This document shows positions 39,154 to 51,500 of a stretch of DNA of 64,000 nt, piece after piece. Below the pieces are notes generated by a model. The model did no database searches. It saw only the letters and a list, made by a program, of their open reading frames with translations, and was not told the origin of the DNA. A program made the translations under genes and the position numbers. Numbering within the stretch: position 1 is the stretch's first letter; each line of letters starts with the position of its first letter. The DNA comes from Dehalococcoidia bacterium (lineage in GTDB: Bacteria; Chloroflexota; Dehalococcoidia; GIF9; UBA5629): the NCBI GenBank assembly GCA_050011565.1, contig JBEKIW010000001.1, positions 224,001-288,000 of the forward strand, in the 5' to 3' direction.

Positions 39154-41388
39154 CTATGTTTGATTTTTGGGGCCCTGTTCGGCGGATTCTCTGCTATAGC
39201 CCTCTTCTTCCAGCTTCTCCATAATCCGGGCGGCTCTGGGATAGCCGATGCGTAGCCGGCGCTGCAAAAAGGAAGTAGAGACGTATTTGTGCTCTTTGGC
39301 TAGCTGTCTGGCAGACTCCATCATGGAATCATCACCGCCTTTTTCTGCCGAGACTAGCCGGCTCATGTCCTCGAACCGGACCGGCTCCGTCTCCGGCCGG
39401 CGCTGATTGCCCCAGAAATAGACTACTCTCTCGGTCTCGGTATCCGAGACAAAGGTGCCTTGAAGTCGTTTCGGCTTGCTGGCGTCGGTGGGCATATAAA
39501 GCATATCGCCTCTGCCCAGCAGCTTCTCGGCGCCGGCAGCATCCAGTATGGTACGCGAGTCTACCTGTGAGGTGAGGGCAAAGCTGATGCGGGTGGGGAA
39601 ATTGGCTTTGATGAGGCCGGTAACTACGTCAACGGATGGCCGTTGAGTAGCCACAATCAGATGTATGCCGGTAGCTCGCGCCAGTTGGGCCAGGCGGCAC
39701 AGCGTGCGCTCCACCTCATCGAAAGCTGCCATCATCAAGTCAGCCAGCTCATCGATGACCACTACAATACAGGGCATCGCTTCGCCGGGATGCCGGCTCT
39801 TGTTATAGCCTTCGATATTGCGTGCCCCAACCTGAGCGAACTTCTGGTAGCGGTTGTCCATTTCTTGATTGAGCCAACGGAGTGCCATTACCGCTTTGTC
39901 GGCATCAACAACCACCGGAGCCACCAGGTGTGGTAATGAGTTGAAATTGACCAGCTCCACTCGCTTGGGGTCGATCATGATGAACTGGACGTCGTCAGGT
40001 GTGTTGTGGATGAGCAGGCAGCAGATAGTGGAGTTGAGGCAGGCGGTCTTGCCGCTGCCGGTGGCGCCGGCAATAAGCAGGTGCGGCATCCGGGCGAGGT
40101 CGGCAGCCACTGTTTCACCGCCGGCGCCCTTGCCCATAGCCAGAGCCAGCTTCGATTTGGCGCAGGCTTTTTGGAAGGAGGCGGACTCGATTACGCTTCT
40201 CAGGTTGACCAGGCCGAATGAAGTATTGGGGACTTCGATGCCTACTATCGATTTTCCGGGCACCGGGGCTTCGATCCTGATGCTCGATGCCGCCAGGGCT
40301 AAAGCCAGGTCGCTGGCCAGTGCGCTGATGCGGTCTACTTTAACTCTGGTTTTCGATATCTCCTCGGTGCGGACTTGAATTTCACCGTCTTTATCCCGTT
40401 CTCTAATATCCTTGTACTTGCGGTCCCAACCCGGCTCGACTCCGAACTGGGTCACGGTGGGGCCGACATTTATCTGGACTACCTTGGCATCGACACCATA
40501 GCTGGCTAAAGCTTCCTGGATGAGCTCTGCTCGCTTTTCAATTTCGCTCTGGCTTAGCTCCACCTCTGTGGGCTTGTCCAATATAGTTAGGGGCGGCAGT
40601 TGCCAGCCTCCGGGGGTGAGTACCGGCCGATATTTTCCCGGTTCCCAGGCTTCGGGTGGAGGCGGCTCGGCAGCTTTCATCGGCGTTATGACCGGTGGTG
40701 GTGCCTCTGCCGGCGCTTCTTTGGTTTCTACTTTACCAAAATTAATTTCTGCCGGTGTCGATTCGGGTTTAACCTTGGGATGGCGCTGGCTGGCCTGACG
40801 GATGGCTTGCCAGATAAGCAAAAAGAGCTTGCCTATACCCCTGAATATGGTCTTGAATATATTGGTTATTAAGCCCCATGTCCAGCGGGGGACTATGATG
40901 AGGATACCAAGGAAAATAAGACCGGCCAGCCGTAGTGCGGCTATTGTGTAGGAATCGGTGATAATGCTCTGGCCGATACTGCCGCCGAGAGTTGCCTCGC
41001 TGACGATGCCGCTGCCGGGGCTGAAAAAGGCTAATATGCCCCAGACAGCAAAGGCTAAAGGAATGCCGCCCAGCCACCACTTCCAGTATCTGGTGAAGAG
41101 CCAGAACCGTCCGCTGGCAATCATCCAGATTAGTATTCCCAGAAATACGGCAGTCAGGACTAATCCCAGACCGAAGAGGCCAAGCAGACCTTCCCAGGTG
41201 GCAACAATCCAGTCGGTTATATTTCCCCAGGTAGCGGCAGCCCAGTTCGATATATTGGGCCAGAACCAGACTATGAGTCCGACGATGACTACCGCCAGTA
41301 GCAGCCGTAAAAAAGGCCCCAGGTAATTCTTTTTTTTCTTGCCTTTGCCGCTGTCTGAAGTTTTGGTGGTCTTCTTTTTCTTAGGCAT
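39154..41388 (-). CDS. ftsK: DNA translocase FtsK/SpoIIIE
   Basis: PHLLIAGATGSGKT, IDELADLM, ATQRPS, gamma domain LQRRLRIGYPRAARI. Confidence 0.95.
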   Translation of the reverse strand: MPKKKKTTKTSDSGKGKKKKNYLGPFLRLLLAVVIVGLIVWFWPNISNWAAATWGNITDWIVATWEGLLGLFGLGLVLTAVFLGILIWMIASGRFWLFTRYWKWWLGGIPLAFAVWGILAFFSPGSGIVSEATLGGSIGQSIITDSYTIAALRLAGLIFLGILIIVPRWTWGLITNIFKTIFRGIGKLFLLIWQAIRQASQRHPKVKPESTPAEINFGKVETKEAPAEAPPPVITPMKAAEPPPPEAWEPGKYRPVLTPGGWQLPPLTILDKPTEVELSQSEIEKRAELIQEALASYGVDAKVVQINVGPTVTQFGVEPGWDRKYKDIRERDKDGEIQVRTEEISKTRVKVDRISALASDLALALAASSIRIEAPVPGKSIVGIEVPNTSFGLVNLRSVIESASFQKACAKSKLALAMGKGAGGETVAADLARMPHLLIAGATGSGKTACLNSTICCLLIHNTPDDVQFIMIDPKRVELVNFNSLPHLVAPVVVDADKAVMALRWLNQEMDNRYQKFAQVGARNIEGYNKSRHPGEAMPCIVVVIDELADLMMAAFDEVERTLCRLAQLARATGIHLIVATQRPSVDVVTGLIKANFPTRISFALTSQVDSRTILDAAGAEKLLGRGDMLYMPTDASKPKRLQGTFVSDTETERVVYFWGNQRRPETEPVRFEDMSRLVSAEKGGDDSMMESARQLAKEHKYVSTSFLQRRLRIGYPRAARIMEKLEEEGYSRESAEQGPKNQT

Positions 41389-41396
41389 ATCTTGAT

Positions 41397-43055
41397 TTAT
41401 ACTTCTACAGCTGTGGTGAGAATCATAGGGCGGCGTCGGGTTTGCTCGTAAAAGAACTTGCTCAAAGTATCCTTCACCTTGGTATCAATGAAGCTCCATT
41501 CCAGCGGGTGCCCGCCGCTGTGGTCTAATGCGGCTTTTACCAGGTCTCGGCCTTGCTCCAGTATAGTTTCGCCTTCTTTCATATCCACGAAGCCCCTTGA
41601 AACAATATCAGGACGGCCTACAACTCTGCCCTTTTCCTTGTCGATAGCAACAATTACCACCACAATTCCATCCTTGGAGAGCAGTTTCCGGTCGCGGAGG
41701 ATGACGCTGGCCAGGTCTCCCATAACCAGTCCATCCACATAGACGTTACCTGTAGGCAGTTTGCCGGCTATTCTGCCCTTTTCGCGGTCCAGCTCAAGTA
41801 TGCTTCCGTTTTCTAGGACGAAGATGTTAGTTTCGGGTATGCCGAGGCTTTTAGCCAGCTTAGCATGCAGGCTCAAATGACGGTATTCGCCGTGGATGGG
41901 AACAAAGAATTTAGGCCTGACCATACTAAGTAAAAGTTTCAGTTCCTCCTGGCTGCCGTGTCCGTGGACATGTACTTGAGCTAACTTCTCATAAACCACA
42001 TTAGCGCCCTGGCGAAACAGGTTATCGATCGTCCGGTTGACTAGCGCTTCGTTACCCGGTACGGGCGTAGCTGACATTATTACCGTGTCTCCAGGAATAA
42101 TTTTAACCTGGTTATTGTCCCGATTGGCAATGCGCACCAGGGCTGAAGTCGGCTCTCCCTGGCTGCCGGTGGTCAGAAGGATAATCTTGTCGTGGGGGAA
42201 GCGGTGGATTTCTTCAAAGTGGCGAATAACATCGGGTGGAGAAGTGAGATATCCCAGTTCCGACGCGATGCGCACCGTATCTCTCATGCTGCGGCCGATA
42301 ATGAATACATGACGGTTATGTTTGACGGCAGCGTCAATTACCTGTTGAATGCGGGAAATTAGGGAAGAAAAGGTGGTGATAATTACCCTTCCCGGAGCAT
42401 CGGCTATAATTCGTGCCAACGCTTCACCGACCACAGTCTCCGACGGCGTATATCCCGGAAGCTCGGCATAGGTCGAATCAGCAAGAAGCAGGAGTACCCC
42501 TTGAGTTCCTAACTGGGCGAGCTTGGCCAGTTCGGTAGGTTTGCCGTCGACCGGTGTGTAGTCGATTTTGAAATCACCGCTGTGGACCACCATACCTATA
42601 GGCGTGTGAATAATAAATCCCAGTGAATCGGGGATGCTGTGGCACACGGAGAAAGGCTCTATTTTGAAATTGCCCAGTGGAAACTTAACGCCGGGCTGAA
42701 CTGTCTTGAGGGTGGCTTTTTTCTGATATCGGTGTTCCTTTAACTTTACACTAATCAAGCCATTGGTAAGCCTGGTTCCGTAAACCGGTACGTCGAGCTG
42801 AGGCAGTATGTAAGGAAGAGCACCGATATGGTCTTCGTGTCCGTGGGTTATTATTATGCCTCGCAGCTTCTCCCGCCTTTCCAGCAGGTAGCTTATGTTC
42901 GGGATGACCAGGTCAACTCCCAGCATATCCTCTTCCGGGAACATCAGTCCGGCGTCGATTATGACGATGTCATTGGCGAACTCGATAGCCATCATATTTT
43001 TACCGATTTCGCCTAGTCCGCCGAGGGGGATTATCCGGAGTTTCTGTTTGCTCAT
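41397..43055 (-). CDS. rnj: Ribonuclease J
   Basis: GGLGEIGKN, THGHEDHIG, TGSQGEP. Confidence 0.95.
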   Translation of the reverse strand: MSKQKLRIIPLGGLGEIGKNMMAIEFANDIVIIDAGLMFPEEDMLGVDLVIPNISYLLERREKLRGIIITHGHEDHIGALPYILPQLDVPVYGTRLTNGLISVKLKEHRYQKKATLKTVQPGVKFPLGNFKIEPFSVCHSIPDSLGFIIHTPIGMVVHSGDFKIDYTPVDGKPTELAKLAQLGTQGVLLLLADSTYAELPGYTPSETVVGEALARIIADAPGRVIITTFSSLISRIQQVIDAAVKHNRHVFIIGRSMRDTVRIASELGYLTSPPDVIRHFEEIHRFPHDKIILLTTGSQGEPTSALVRIANRDNNQVKIIPGDTVIMSATPVPGNEALVNRTIDNLFRQGANVVYEKLAQVHVHGHGSQEELKLLLSMVRPKFFVPIHGEYRHLSLHAKLAKSLGIPETNIFVLENGSILELDREKGRIAGKLPTGNVYVDGLVMGDLASVILRDRKLLSKDGIVVVIVAIDKEKGRVVGRPDIVSRGFVDMKEGETILEQGRDLVKAALDHSGGHPLEWSFIDTKVKDTLSKFFYEQTRRRPMILTTAVEV

Positions 43056-43064
43056 GTTCGTGGT

Positions 43065-43661
43065 CTAGAAGAGGCTTAGCTGCTGTGGCTCAGCTTCGTC
43101 TTCCGTTAATTTCTCCGCCTGGGCTAATATTTGTGGTATTTTGACCATGTCGGTCTCGATGGTCTTCCTCAGGCTTCCCTGATGAAGAGCTGCCGCCGGG
43201 TGATACATGGCGTAGTAGATGACGTCATCTTGCCTCTTCGCTTTGCCGTGAACCTGGCTGATGCTCTGGTTAGGGAAGTATTTCGCCATTGAGTAACGAC
43301 CTAGAGTAACAATCATTTTGGGGTGGATGAGCTCAATCTGACGTGCTAACCATTTACTGCAGGCTTGAATTTCGCCGGGTAACGGGTCTCGGTTGGATGG
43401 AGGACGGCACTTAATGACATTAGCGATGTATACTTGCTCACGTTTCAGGCTGATTGAGGCTAATAATTCCTCCAGGTATTTTCCCGCGGGGCCAACGAAC
43501 GGACGTCCTTGTTGGTCTTCATGCCATCCGGGTGCTTCGCCGATAAAAAGGAGAGTTGCATTTTCTGGCCCTTCACCGGGCACGGCTCTGGTGCGGTGTT
43601 TGCCTAACTCGCAGTCCTGGCAGCGTTCGATTTCTTGGTTCAGCTCAGTAAGCGCTGACAT
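43065..43661 (-). CDS. Uracil-DNA glycosylase family 4
   Basis: CQDC, GEAPG, PFVG, KCRPP, HPAA. Confidence 0.92.
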   Translation of the reverse strand: MSALTELNQEIERCQDCELGKHRTRAVPGEGPENATLLFIGEAPGWHEDQQGRPFVGPAGKYLEELLASISLKREQVYIANVIKCRPPSNRDPLPGEIQACSKWLARQIELIHPKMIVTLGRYSMAKYFPNQSISQVHGKAKRQDDVIYYAMYHPAAALHQGSLRKTIETDMVKIPQILAQAEKLTEDEAEPQQLSLF

Positions 43662-43699
43662 CTGAGGAAATCATAGCATAGCCTTCCTTGCCGGTCAAT

Positions 43700-44050
43700 T
43701 TAAGTTAGCGCCAGGACGAGGCTGATGGCGGCGAGGCAGAGGACCGCCACGGAGATACCTATGAATAGCCTGTTCCTGTTCATTGAGAAGAAGACAATAG
43801 ATAAGATGACCTGTACGATGGGTACCAGCAAAAGGACTAAAATTCCAATGCTGATAACTATAGCCGCGGGTATCTGCTCTAACCTGACCAGTGGCTGTAT
43901 GTCTTTAAAGCCGGAAATATAGATAAGTATAATAAATCCGATAACAACCAGCGCTAAAGAGATGGCAGTGCCGAGTCGGAAAGCCAGGCTAACCCAGTTT
44001 TCTAATCGGCCTTCATCCAACTTTGTGTTTTTCATTATTTTGTCTCGCAC
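43700..44050 (-). CDS. DUF1634-like membrane protein
   Basis: Three hydrophobic helices, GILVLLLVPIVQV; typical partner downstream of TauE. Confidence 0.65.
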   Translation of the reverse strand: MRDKIMKNTKLDEGRLENWVSLAFRLGTAISLALVVIGFIILIYISGFKDIQPLVRLEQIPAAIVISIGILVLLLVPIVQVILSIVFFSMNRNRLFIGISVAVLCLAAISLVLALT

Positions 44051-44052
44051 GC

Positions 44053-44940
44053 TTATAGTACGTTCGCCGTTTTAAGGAACATCAATATAGCTACAAGTAA
44101 CAGGAAGATGCCGAATATGCGTCTAAGCCATATTCCTCCGGTTCTTTGTGTTAATTCAACACCTATTCTGGAGCCTACAACTATACTAATAACCAATGGG
44201 GCAATTATGAACGGATATATGTTGCCATAATATTGATAGATGAAGGCGCCGGTGGCAGCTGTGAGTGCTATCATGAAGGTGCTGGTGGCTATAGCGGCTT
44301 TCATCGGTATCCCCATGACCAGGTGCATTACGGGAACATTTATGATGCCGCCGCCGACGCCAAGCAGGCTGGAGAGTAAACCGGCGAAGAAGCTTGTTCC
44401 CAATCCCGCAGCCGTCCTATTCACTTTGTAATCAACAATTTTGTCCAAGCTCCGGTCATTATAGGAGTCCGCCAGGGAATTAGATAAACTGTGTGGAGTA
44501 TTATTCGGCTCGACTGAATGGGCATCTGACTGATTATCAGCAGATATGAAATGCTGGCGTGTCACCATAGTGTAAGCCACGTAAATGAGTACCAGTCCGA
44601 AAAGCGCGCTTAATATAGACGGGGCGATTATGGCGGCAGCAAAGCCGCCGATGATAGCCCCGGGTATGGTCGTTGTTTCCAGAAGCAGGCCCAATTTTAC
44701 ATTTGTCAGTCCCGCCTTGGTGTATATACCGGCTGCGGTGCATGCATTAGCCACAATGGCTACCAGGCTGCTGCCGACGGCTACCTGTATTGGCAGATGT
44801 AAAGCCAGGGTGAGTATGGGCACGATGATGAGGCCGCCGCCGACTCCCAGCATCGAGCCCAGCAGGCCGGCTACTAATCCTGTGCCACCTAATGCCCAGA
44901 GGTTTATGTCAGTCAAAGCTATTGTTAGACATAGTAGCAT
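44053..44940 (-). CDS. TauE/SafE (TSUP) family transporter
   Basis: Two GxGGG..VP repeats. Confidence 0.88.
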   Translation of the reverse strand: MLLCLTIALTDINLWALGGTGLVAGLLGSMLGVGGGLIIVPILTLALHLPIQVAVGSSLVAIVANACTAAGIYTKAGLTNVKLGLLLETTTIPGAIIGGFAAAIIAPSILSALFGLVLIYVAYTMVTRQHFISADNQSDAHSVEPNNTPHSLSNSLADSYNDRSLDKIVDYKVNRTAAGLGTSFFAGLLSSLLGVGGGIINVPVMHLVMGIPMKAAIATSTFMIALTAATGAFIYQYYGNIYPFIIAPLVISIVVGSRIGVELTQRTGGIWLRRIFGIFLLLVAILMFLKTANVL

Positions 44941-45076
44941 TGGTTGTTGTAAGAGGTCAACGGAAAGTTGTTAATTGATAGGTTAGAGCAGATATGCCAA
45001 CCTACCCAAATCGTTATTGCACCATTGTGGTGCTGCGGAAATCAATGATATACTGTGCAGATAAGAAAGCTCGGTA

Positions 45077-45805
45077 TTGATGAAAAGGATAGATGGTCGC
45101 GCCAGCGATGAACTTCGGCCAATAAACGTTAGCTTGGGCTACCAGGCTTTTGCTGAAGGCTCAGCATTGATAGAGCTGGGGCGAACCAGAGTGCTGTGCT
45201 CAGTAAGTGTAGAGGACAGGGTTCCTCATTTCCTCAAAGGCGAGGGTACGGGCTGGGTTACTGCTGAATATGCCATGCTACCCCGTTCTACGCTGACCCG
45301 CACTCCTCGCAACCTCTCTCCTGAAAGGCAAGCCGGTAGAAATCAGGAAATACAGCGACTAATAGGTCGGAGCTTGAGGGCGGTAACCGACCTGGCAGCT
45401 CTGGGCGAAAGGACGTTTACCATTGACTGTGATGTGTTACAGGCTGATGGCGGTACCCGGACGGCAGCGATAACCGGTGGGTATGTAGCTCTGTTTGTGG
45501 CATTACATAATCTGAAAAAACGGGGCATGCTATCATCAATTCCGCTTAAAGGCGCGGTAGCCGCTACCAGTGTCGGTATTGTCGGTAGAGAGGCGCTACT
45601 CGACCTCTGCTACGAGGAAGATTTTCAAGCAGCCGTTGACTTCAATGTGGTGATGACGGATAAGGGTGAATTCGTGGAAATCCAGGGTACTGCGGAGGGC
45701 AAGCCTTTCTCCAAGGAAACGGTTGATTCTCTGCTGGCGCTGGCCCAAAAGGGCATCAAGCAGTTGCTTAAAATCCAAGAGTCAGCTTTAGCCGGGTTAG
45801 ACTAA
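45077..45805 (+). CDS. rph: Ribonuclease PH
   Basis: [27 protein letters not shown]. Confidence 0.96.
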   Translation: MMKRIDGRASDELRPINVSLGYQAFAEGSALIELGRTRVLCSVSVEDRVPHFLKGEGTGWVTAEYAMLPRSTLTRTPRNLSPERQAGRNQEIQRLIGRSLRAVTDLAALGERTFTIDCDVLQADGGTRTAAITGGYVALFVALHNLKKRGMLSSIPLKGAVAATSVGIVGREALLDLCYEEDFQAAVDFNVVMTDKGEFVEIQGTAEGKPFSKETVDSLLALAQKGIKQLLKIQESALAGLD

Positions 45806-47076
45806 GGCCGGACGTGCCCATCGCCGATAATAATCCACTTATAGCTGGTTATCTCTCTTAGCGCCATTGGGCCGCGGGCATGGAATTTTTGGGTGCTGAT
45901 GCCTATTTCGGCTCCCAGGCCGAACTGGCTCCCATCGGTGAAACGGGTGCTGGCATTAGCATAGACACAGGCAGTATCCACTTCGTTGAGGAAACGTGCC
46001 GCCGCCGCTTTATCCTCGGCAACGATAGCCTCGGAATGTCCTGAGCCGTAGCGTTCGATATGCTCCAGCACTTCATCCAGTGAATCGACAATTTTAATAG
46101 CCGCGATAAGCGCCAGGAATTCTTTACCCCAGTCATCCTCTTTTGCCGGCACGAGTTTAAGCGAAGGAATCGGCCCGAGAATAGATAAAGTGCGCTTATC
46201 GCAGTGCATCTCTACCCCAGCCTTTGCCCATTCCTTGGCGATTAAGGGCAGGTACTTAGGAGCTATTGAAGCGTGGACTAGAAGGGTATCCAGCGCGTTG
46301 CAAACAGTGGGCCGCTGGACCTTGGCGTTATAGGCGATGGCTACTGCCTTGTTTAAATCAGCGCTTTTGTCTACATAGGTATGGCAAACGCCGATGCCGC
46401 CGGTAAGTACAGGCATAGAGGCCTTTTCCGCCACAGATTCAATCAGGCCGGCACCGCCGCGAGGTATTATAAGGTCAATAGTGCCCTTCATCTTAAGCAT
46501 GTGTTCGACAAGTGCCCTGTCTGTTGACTCTATAATCTGGACAGCGCCCTGAGGTACACCGGCTTTGTAAGCGGCTTCCTGGACAACTCTGGCCAGTGCC
46601 AGATTTGAGCGGAGTGCTTCCTTGCCGCCGCGCAGGATAACAGCGTTTCCCGATTTGAGGCATAGTACCGAAATGTCTACAGTGACATTAGGCCGGCTCT
46701 CATAGATGGCACCGATAACCCCGAGAGGTACGCGCTTCTTACTGATTTGCAAACCATTGGGTAGCGTGCGTTCTTCAATTAGTTCACCTACAGGGTCGGG
46801 CAGAGCGGCTACGGTTCTGACATCGTTGCCAATGCCATCCAGCCGGCTCGGGTTTAACATCAGCCGGTCGAGCAGGACTGCGCTCATGCCTGAAGCTTTA
46901 GATTTCTTATAATCCTGGCTGTTGGCGGATAAGATTTCTTTTTGCCTGGCTTGAAGGGCGTCTGCGATAGCGAGCAAAGCCTTATTCTTAATTTCAGTGG
47001 GCAGAAAGGCGAGCTTCTTCGATGCTGCCTTAGCTGCCTTACCTTTTTCTTCGAGCTCAGTTACCGGAGATTTCAT
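45802..47076 (-). CDS. proA: Gamma-glutamyl phosphate reductase
   Basis: [23 protein letters not shown]. Confidence 0.96.
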   Translation of the reverse strand: MKSPVTELEEKGKAAKAASKKLAFLPTEIKNKALLAIADALQARQKEILSANSQDYKKSKASGMSAVLLDRLMLNPSRLDGIGNDVRTVAALPDPVGELIEERTLPNGLQISKKRVPLGVIGAIYESRPNVTVDISVLCLKSGNAVILRGGKEALRSNLALARVVQEAAYKAGVPQGAVQIIESTDRALVEHMLKMKGTIDLIIPRGGAGLIESVAEKASMPVLTGGIGVCHTYVDKSADLNKAVAIAYNAKVQRPTVCNALDTLLVHASIAPKYLPLIAKEWAKAGVEMHCDKRTLSILGPIPSLKLVPAKEDDWGKEFLALIAAIKIVDSLDEVLEHIERYGSGHSEAIVAEDKAAAARFLNEVDTACVYANASTRFTDGSQFGLGAEIGISTQKFHARGPMALREITSYKWIIIGDGHVRP

Positions 47077-47086
47077 ATTTTACTCC

Positions 47087-48199
47087 TTACACCAACGCCA
47101 TATTGTTTCTGTGAATCAGTTCGGCTCCATATTCATAGCCGAGAAGGCTTGAGATCTCGTCAGAATGCGCGCCTTTTATGGAAGCGATATCCCTGGCACT
47201 GTAGTTTGGCATACCGCAGCCGAGGTGGTTGCCATTTGAATCATAAATATCCACCACGTCACCGCGCTGGAATTCGCCGTCTACACCTACCACGCCGGCG
47301 GGCAGCAGACTGCGGTTTTGCTTTTTAAGAGCCAGGACAGCCCCATCGTCAATTATCAGTTTGCCCTTGCAAGCCAGTCCGCTGAGCATCCATCGTTTTT
47401 TGCTTTCCAATTTGCTGGTACGCGGCGGAAATATGGTGCCTATATTTTTCCCGAGCGTTATCTGTGTCAGTACGTCAGGCTTACGTCCGTTAGCTATAAC
47501 TACGGTTACACCAGAAGCAGTAGCCAGTTTAGCAGCCTCGAGTTTAGTTATCATACCGCCGACACCGTAAGAATTGGCGGTATCGCCAGCGGCGCGTTCT
47601 ATCTCGGCATCTATCTTATCAATCCGGGGGATGAGCTTGGCTTCCGGGTTACACTGGGGGTCTGCGTTATAGAGGCCGTCGATATCTGTAAGCAGGGCTA
47701 AAAGGTCGGCATCGACCAGATTGGCTACCATGGCCGACAGGTTGTCATTGTCGCCGAAGGTGAGCTCACCGAGTTCATCAGTGGCAACGACGTCGTTCTC
47801 GTTTACGATGCAAATTACACCTAATTCAATAAGGGCTAGAAGCGTGTTGCGAGCATTCAGGTAACCGGCGCGGTCAATCAAGTCGGACTTTGTCAGCAGC
47901 GCCTGGGCGACGATTATTTTATATTTACTGAAAAGCTGTTCGTAGACATTCATAAGCTGGCTTTGTCCCACCGAGGCCAGGACTTGCTTGAAAGGTATGT
48001 CTTTGTGTTCCTTTGCCAGGCCCAATTTTTGTATACCGGCGGCAACTGCTCCTGAAGATACGATGATTATCTCGTGCCCTTGCTGATGAAGGCGAGCCAC
48101 CTGTTCCGCAAGACTTGACATAATGCTAGAATCAAGGCTACCAGTCCCTCCGGTAAGCAGGTTGGTACCGAACTTAGCTATCAAACGCCGATAACGCAT
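47087..48199 (-). CDS. proB: Glutamate 5-kinase
   Basis: KFGT, VSSGAV, NEND, GDND, GGMITK, PUA domain; start set at MRYRR. Confidence 0.95.
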   Translation of the reverse strand: MRYRRLIAKFGTNLLTGGTGSLDSSIMSSLAEQVARLHQQGHEIIIVSSGAVAAGIQKLGLAKEHKDIPFKQVLASVGQSQLMNVYEQLFSKYKIIVAQALLTKSDLIDRAGYLNARNTLLALIELGVICIVNENDVVATDELGELTFGDNDNLSAMVANLVDADLLALLTDIDGLYNADPQCNPEAKLIPRIDKIDAEIERAAGDTANSYGVGGMITKLEAAKLATASGVTVVIANGRKPDVLTQITLGKNIGTIFPPRTSKLESKKRWMLSGLACKGKLIIDDGAVLALKKQNRSLLPAGVVGVDGEFQRGDVVDIYDSNGNHLGCGMPNYSARDIASIKGAHSDEISSLLGYEYGAELIHRNNMALV

Positions 48200-48289
48200 G
48201 GTGTGTAAATTATAGCGCTGTGGAAGATAGCCAACAAGTAATAGGCTCGCTTTTAGATGTAGTGGCAAGGCTTCGCCTAGCCGAAGCTC

Positions 48290-48545
48290 GCAAATTCCAA
48301 ATATTAAGCACTAAATTTCAAACAATATCAAAATTCGAATTCACCAAATTCGAAAAGTCGTGCGTCTCTGTTTTTATAGCTTTCGTTTTTATGTTATTGC
48401 GAGGAGCCCTGCCACGGAAGGGCGACGTGGCAAACTCAGACATTGCTTCGCCTTCGGCTTGTCATGACAAATGAATAATCTTGGCTATTGCTATTTGGGT
48501 TTTTGGATTTGTTTAGGATTTGGAGCTTTGGATTCGGTGTTTTGC
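48290..48545. repeat. Nested palindromic intergenic element
   Basis: AAATTCCAAAT-like repeats on the left and TTTGGATTT-like repeats on the right, around a TTGCGAGG..TTGCTTCG..ATGACA REP-like core. Confidence 0.5.
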
Positions 48546-48578
48546 AACGGGGTGTAGCGGCGAGGCTTTAGCCGCTAA

Positions 48579-51500
48579 TTATCTCCTCAAAGCAATTAGC
48601 AGGGCTACTATCAGCATAATTATGGCTGTAACGCCGACGATAAACCACCAGTTAGTATTGGTCGGTTGGGAAACCTTGAGAATTTCAAACTCGCCGCTAA
48701 GGCCGGCTACTTCCACCTGATGTTTCCCAGCCGCATAGCCGGCAGTGGTGAAGTTCACTGTTTGGCTTGTCCCGGCGGCAGCGGTAACTTGCTTTGTAGA
48801 TGTTATTACCCCATCCACTTTCAACTGAAGACTATAATCTCCGCTCTTTTCCCCTGTGTTGGTCACCTTAATGCTAACTGTAACCTCCTGGTTGGGCTGA
48901 GCATGAGACGGGTTAACAGTCAGGTTACTCACCTCAAATTCAGCCGGTTTAGGTTCCGCCAACCTGGCTAGGACGGCGACAGGTGAGAAGTGGCTTGCCA
49001 GACCTTGCGCCTTGCCGAGTTCAGCCACGACGCCTGGCACCGGTGCCAATGCCTGCCAGCCTTGAGCCGCGTCAAAGTTGGCGATGAACACCTCCGTCGC
49101 ATTGGTGGGCAGCTTTTTAGGGTCGTACGTCAAAGTCAACGTGGCCGGTGGCAATATGGTGACGGGAGACGGTACTGTGGCGTACGAGGTAGGATAGGCG
49201 CTAATCTCGTATACCGGACCGACTATTGTGGTGTTCTCGGGAGCTGGTGGTGGGGCGGATGACTCACGGAATCTAAGCAGCAGCGGTACTCTATCACCGG
49301 CGAGTACTAATTTGGTGTCTTTATCGAGCTCAAGCACATATTTGCCCGATGCATCTTTGGCAATACAAGTTTCACAAAGTACGCCCTTACCAGTCATACT
49401 GGCCATGGTTGTGGTCCCCTGCATGTCTACCGCCAGTGTTGCCGGGCAGGCGACGAGTGATGCAGGTAGGCCGCCTCCACCACTTCCGCCAATTAGAGGT
49501 TGAGGTGTTGGTAGTTGGACGGATAAAGTCATACTGTCTATGCTAGTGCAGCCTTTGCTGTCAGTGACTGTTACAGTATATGTAGTATTGGTGTTCGGTG
49601 AGGCAGTCGGATTGGCGGATGCAGGATTGTTCAGATCGGTAGCGGGCACCCAACTATAGGTGTAGGGTGGTATGCCACCGGAAGCTGTTGGACTGCCGCC
49701 TATTACGGTCGAGCTGCCGGAAATTATTGTAAGGTCGGGGCCGGCATTAACGATTGGTCTGGTGTTTATGGTAACGGTCTTGTTATTACTGCTGGAGCAG
49801 CCTTTGGCGTTTGTGTAGCTGTAAGTGACGATATATGGTCCTGGTAGCAGACCTGTTGGGTTGAAATCAGAGCCGGAGACGCCGGTTCCGCTCCAGGTAC
49901 CTCCTGATGGGGAAGCACCTATCAGTGCTATAGGGTCACCTCCTTCACAGACATCCTGGTTAGGGCCGGCATCAACCGGCGTGGCGCAGGCATAACCGAC
50001 AGAGTATTTGCCGGTAGAACTCTTGCCGCTGAACCACATTTTATAAGGACAGGTATCACCGCCGAAGTTTGCGGCATCGTATAATACCCATGGTGTATAG
50101 GTTCTATCGTTCCTCCACGGCATGCCGTCGTCTTTATAAAAAATAGGGTTGCCAGGGTGCTTAGTCCAGTTTATGCCATCTGTCGACGTAGCATAGCCTA
50201 TGCCGTGATTAGTTTCCACACCGCCGCCGTACCACATCTGCCAGTTACCTGAAAGGTTTAGCACGCTGCAATATCCGACGCCAGTATTATCCCAATCTAA
50301 TGCGGTTCCCGGGCTCAGAACAGGGTTATTGACATATCTTTTCCAGTGTGTCCCATCGGCGGAATAGGCGAGACCGATGGCCTCGTTAGTGCCGTCGGTT
50401 CCCATATAATAGATAACATATTTGTTGTTCCAGATGTTGATGTCGTCGGGGAAGCCGCTTGAATTGTAGATTAAATCGCAGGGGCCATAAGAGCCAGTAT
50501 TCCAGTCAGGCCAGGAGTTGGTGACTAATGGATAAGTACCATCTTGAGTAAGAGCTTGGTCATTTGTCCAGTTGACTCCGTCGGTAGATTCCGCATATCT
50601 CAGAGCGTTAATACTGTAGAGATATGCCGTATCCTCGTACCACATCTTATAGAAAATTCCGTTGCCAAAGCCGTCAGGTCGGTATTTTACCAGTGGATGA
50701 TTTGCGCCGGTCACTAATCCAAATACGGGGTTTGGTCCAGCGGTCCAGTTGATGCCATCAGCGGATTCGGCATAACCTATTTGGCGCGTGCCTGTTCCGT
50801 CGTCCGAGCCGAACCACATCTTATAATAAGCAGTGTTACCATGCCCTGAAAACTGATTAGCGTCATATATTACTTTGGGGTAATAAGCCATAGCGCCACC
50901 GCCGGGCAGCCCCTGGCCGAATACCGGATTATTGCCGTACTCTACCCAGTCGCAGGGTGTGGGGGTAGGGGCAACTGTCAGGTTAGCCATCCCAAGTTTC
51001 CACTGTATCCAGTTTGAACTATCTAGGTTTGGATTGTCTGAGCCGAGGAACCATATCTGGTAATTGCTCCCTGTCTTGACCACCGAGGGCATCCATACGC
51101 TTTGGCTTCTCCATGCCACCCCGTCAGATGTTGTAAATAACGTTTGACTACGTGTCCAGTTTATGCCGTCGGTAGATGTAGCGTAGCCTATCCCGTTCAA
51201 GGCTTGGTATGTCGTCTCTTTTCCGCCTGAGTAGAACGCTTCCCAGTCTGTCGGGCTGTTCTTTATGACCTTGAACCATCCTATATGGTCGCAGTCAAAG
51301 TCGCTAGTGACCAGCGTTCCTGCAAATACCGGCGTGGCATAACCTGCCGCGGTCGGGTCGTAGCCTGTCCAGTTGTAGCCGTCACTGGAAAAGGCCATGA
51401 CTACGAGTTCCTTTCCGCCGTATGCTCCAAGCTCCCACTGGACGTTGGCATATATCCTGAATGTCCAGTCCGTACCCGTATTGGATGCTCCGGGGGTATA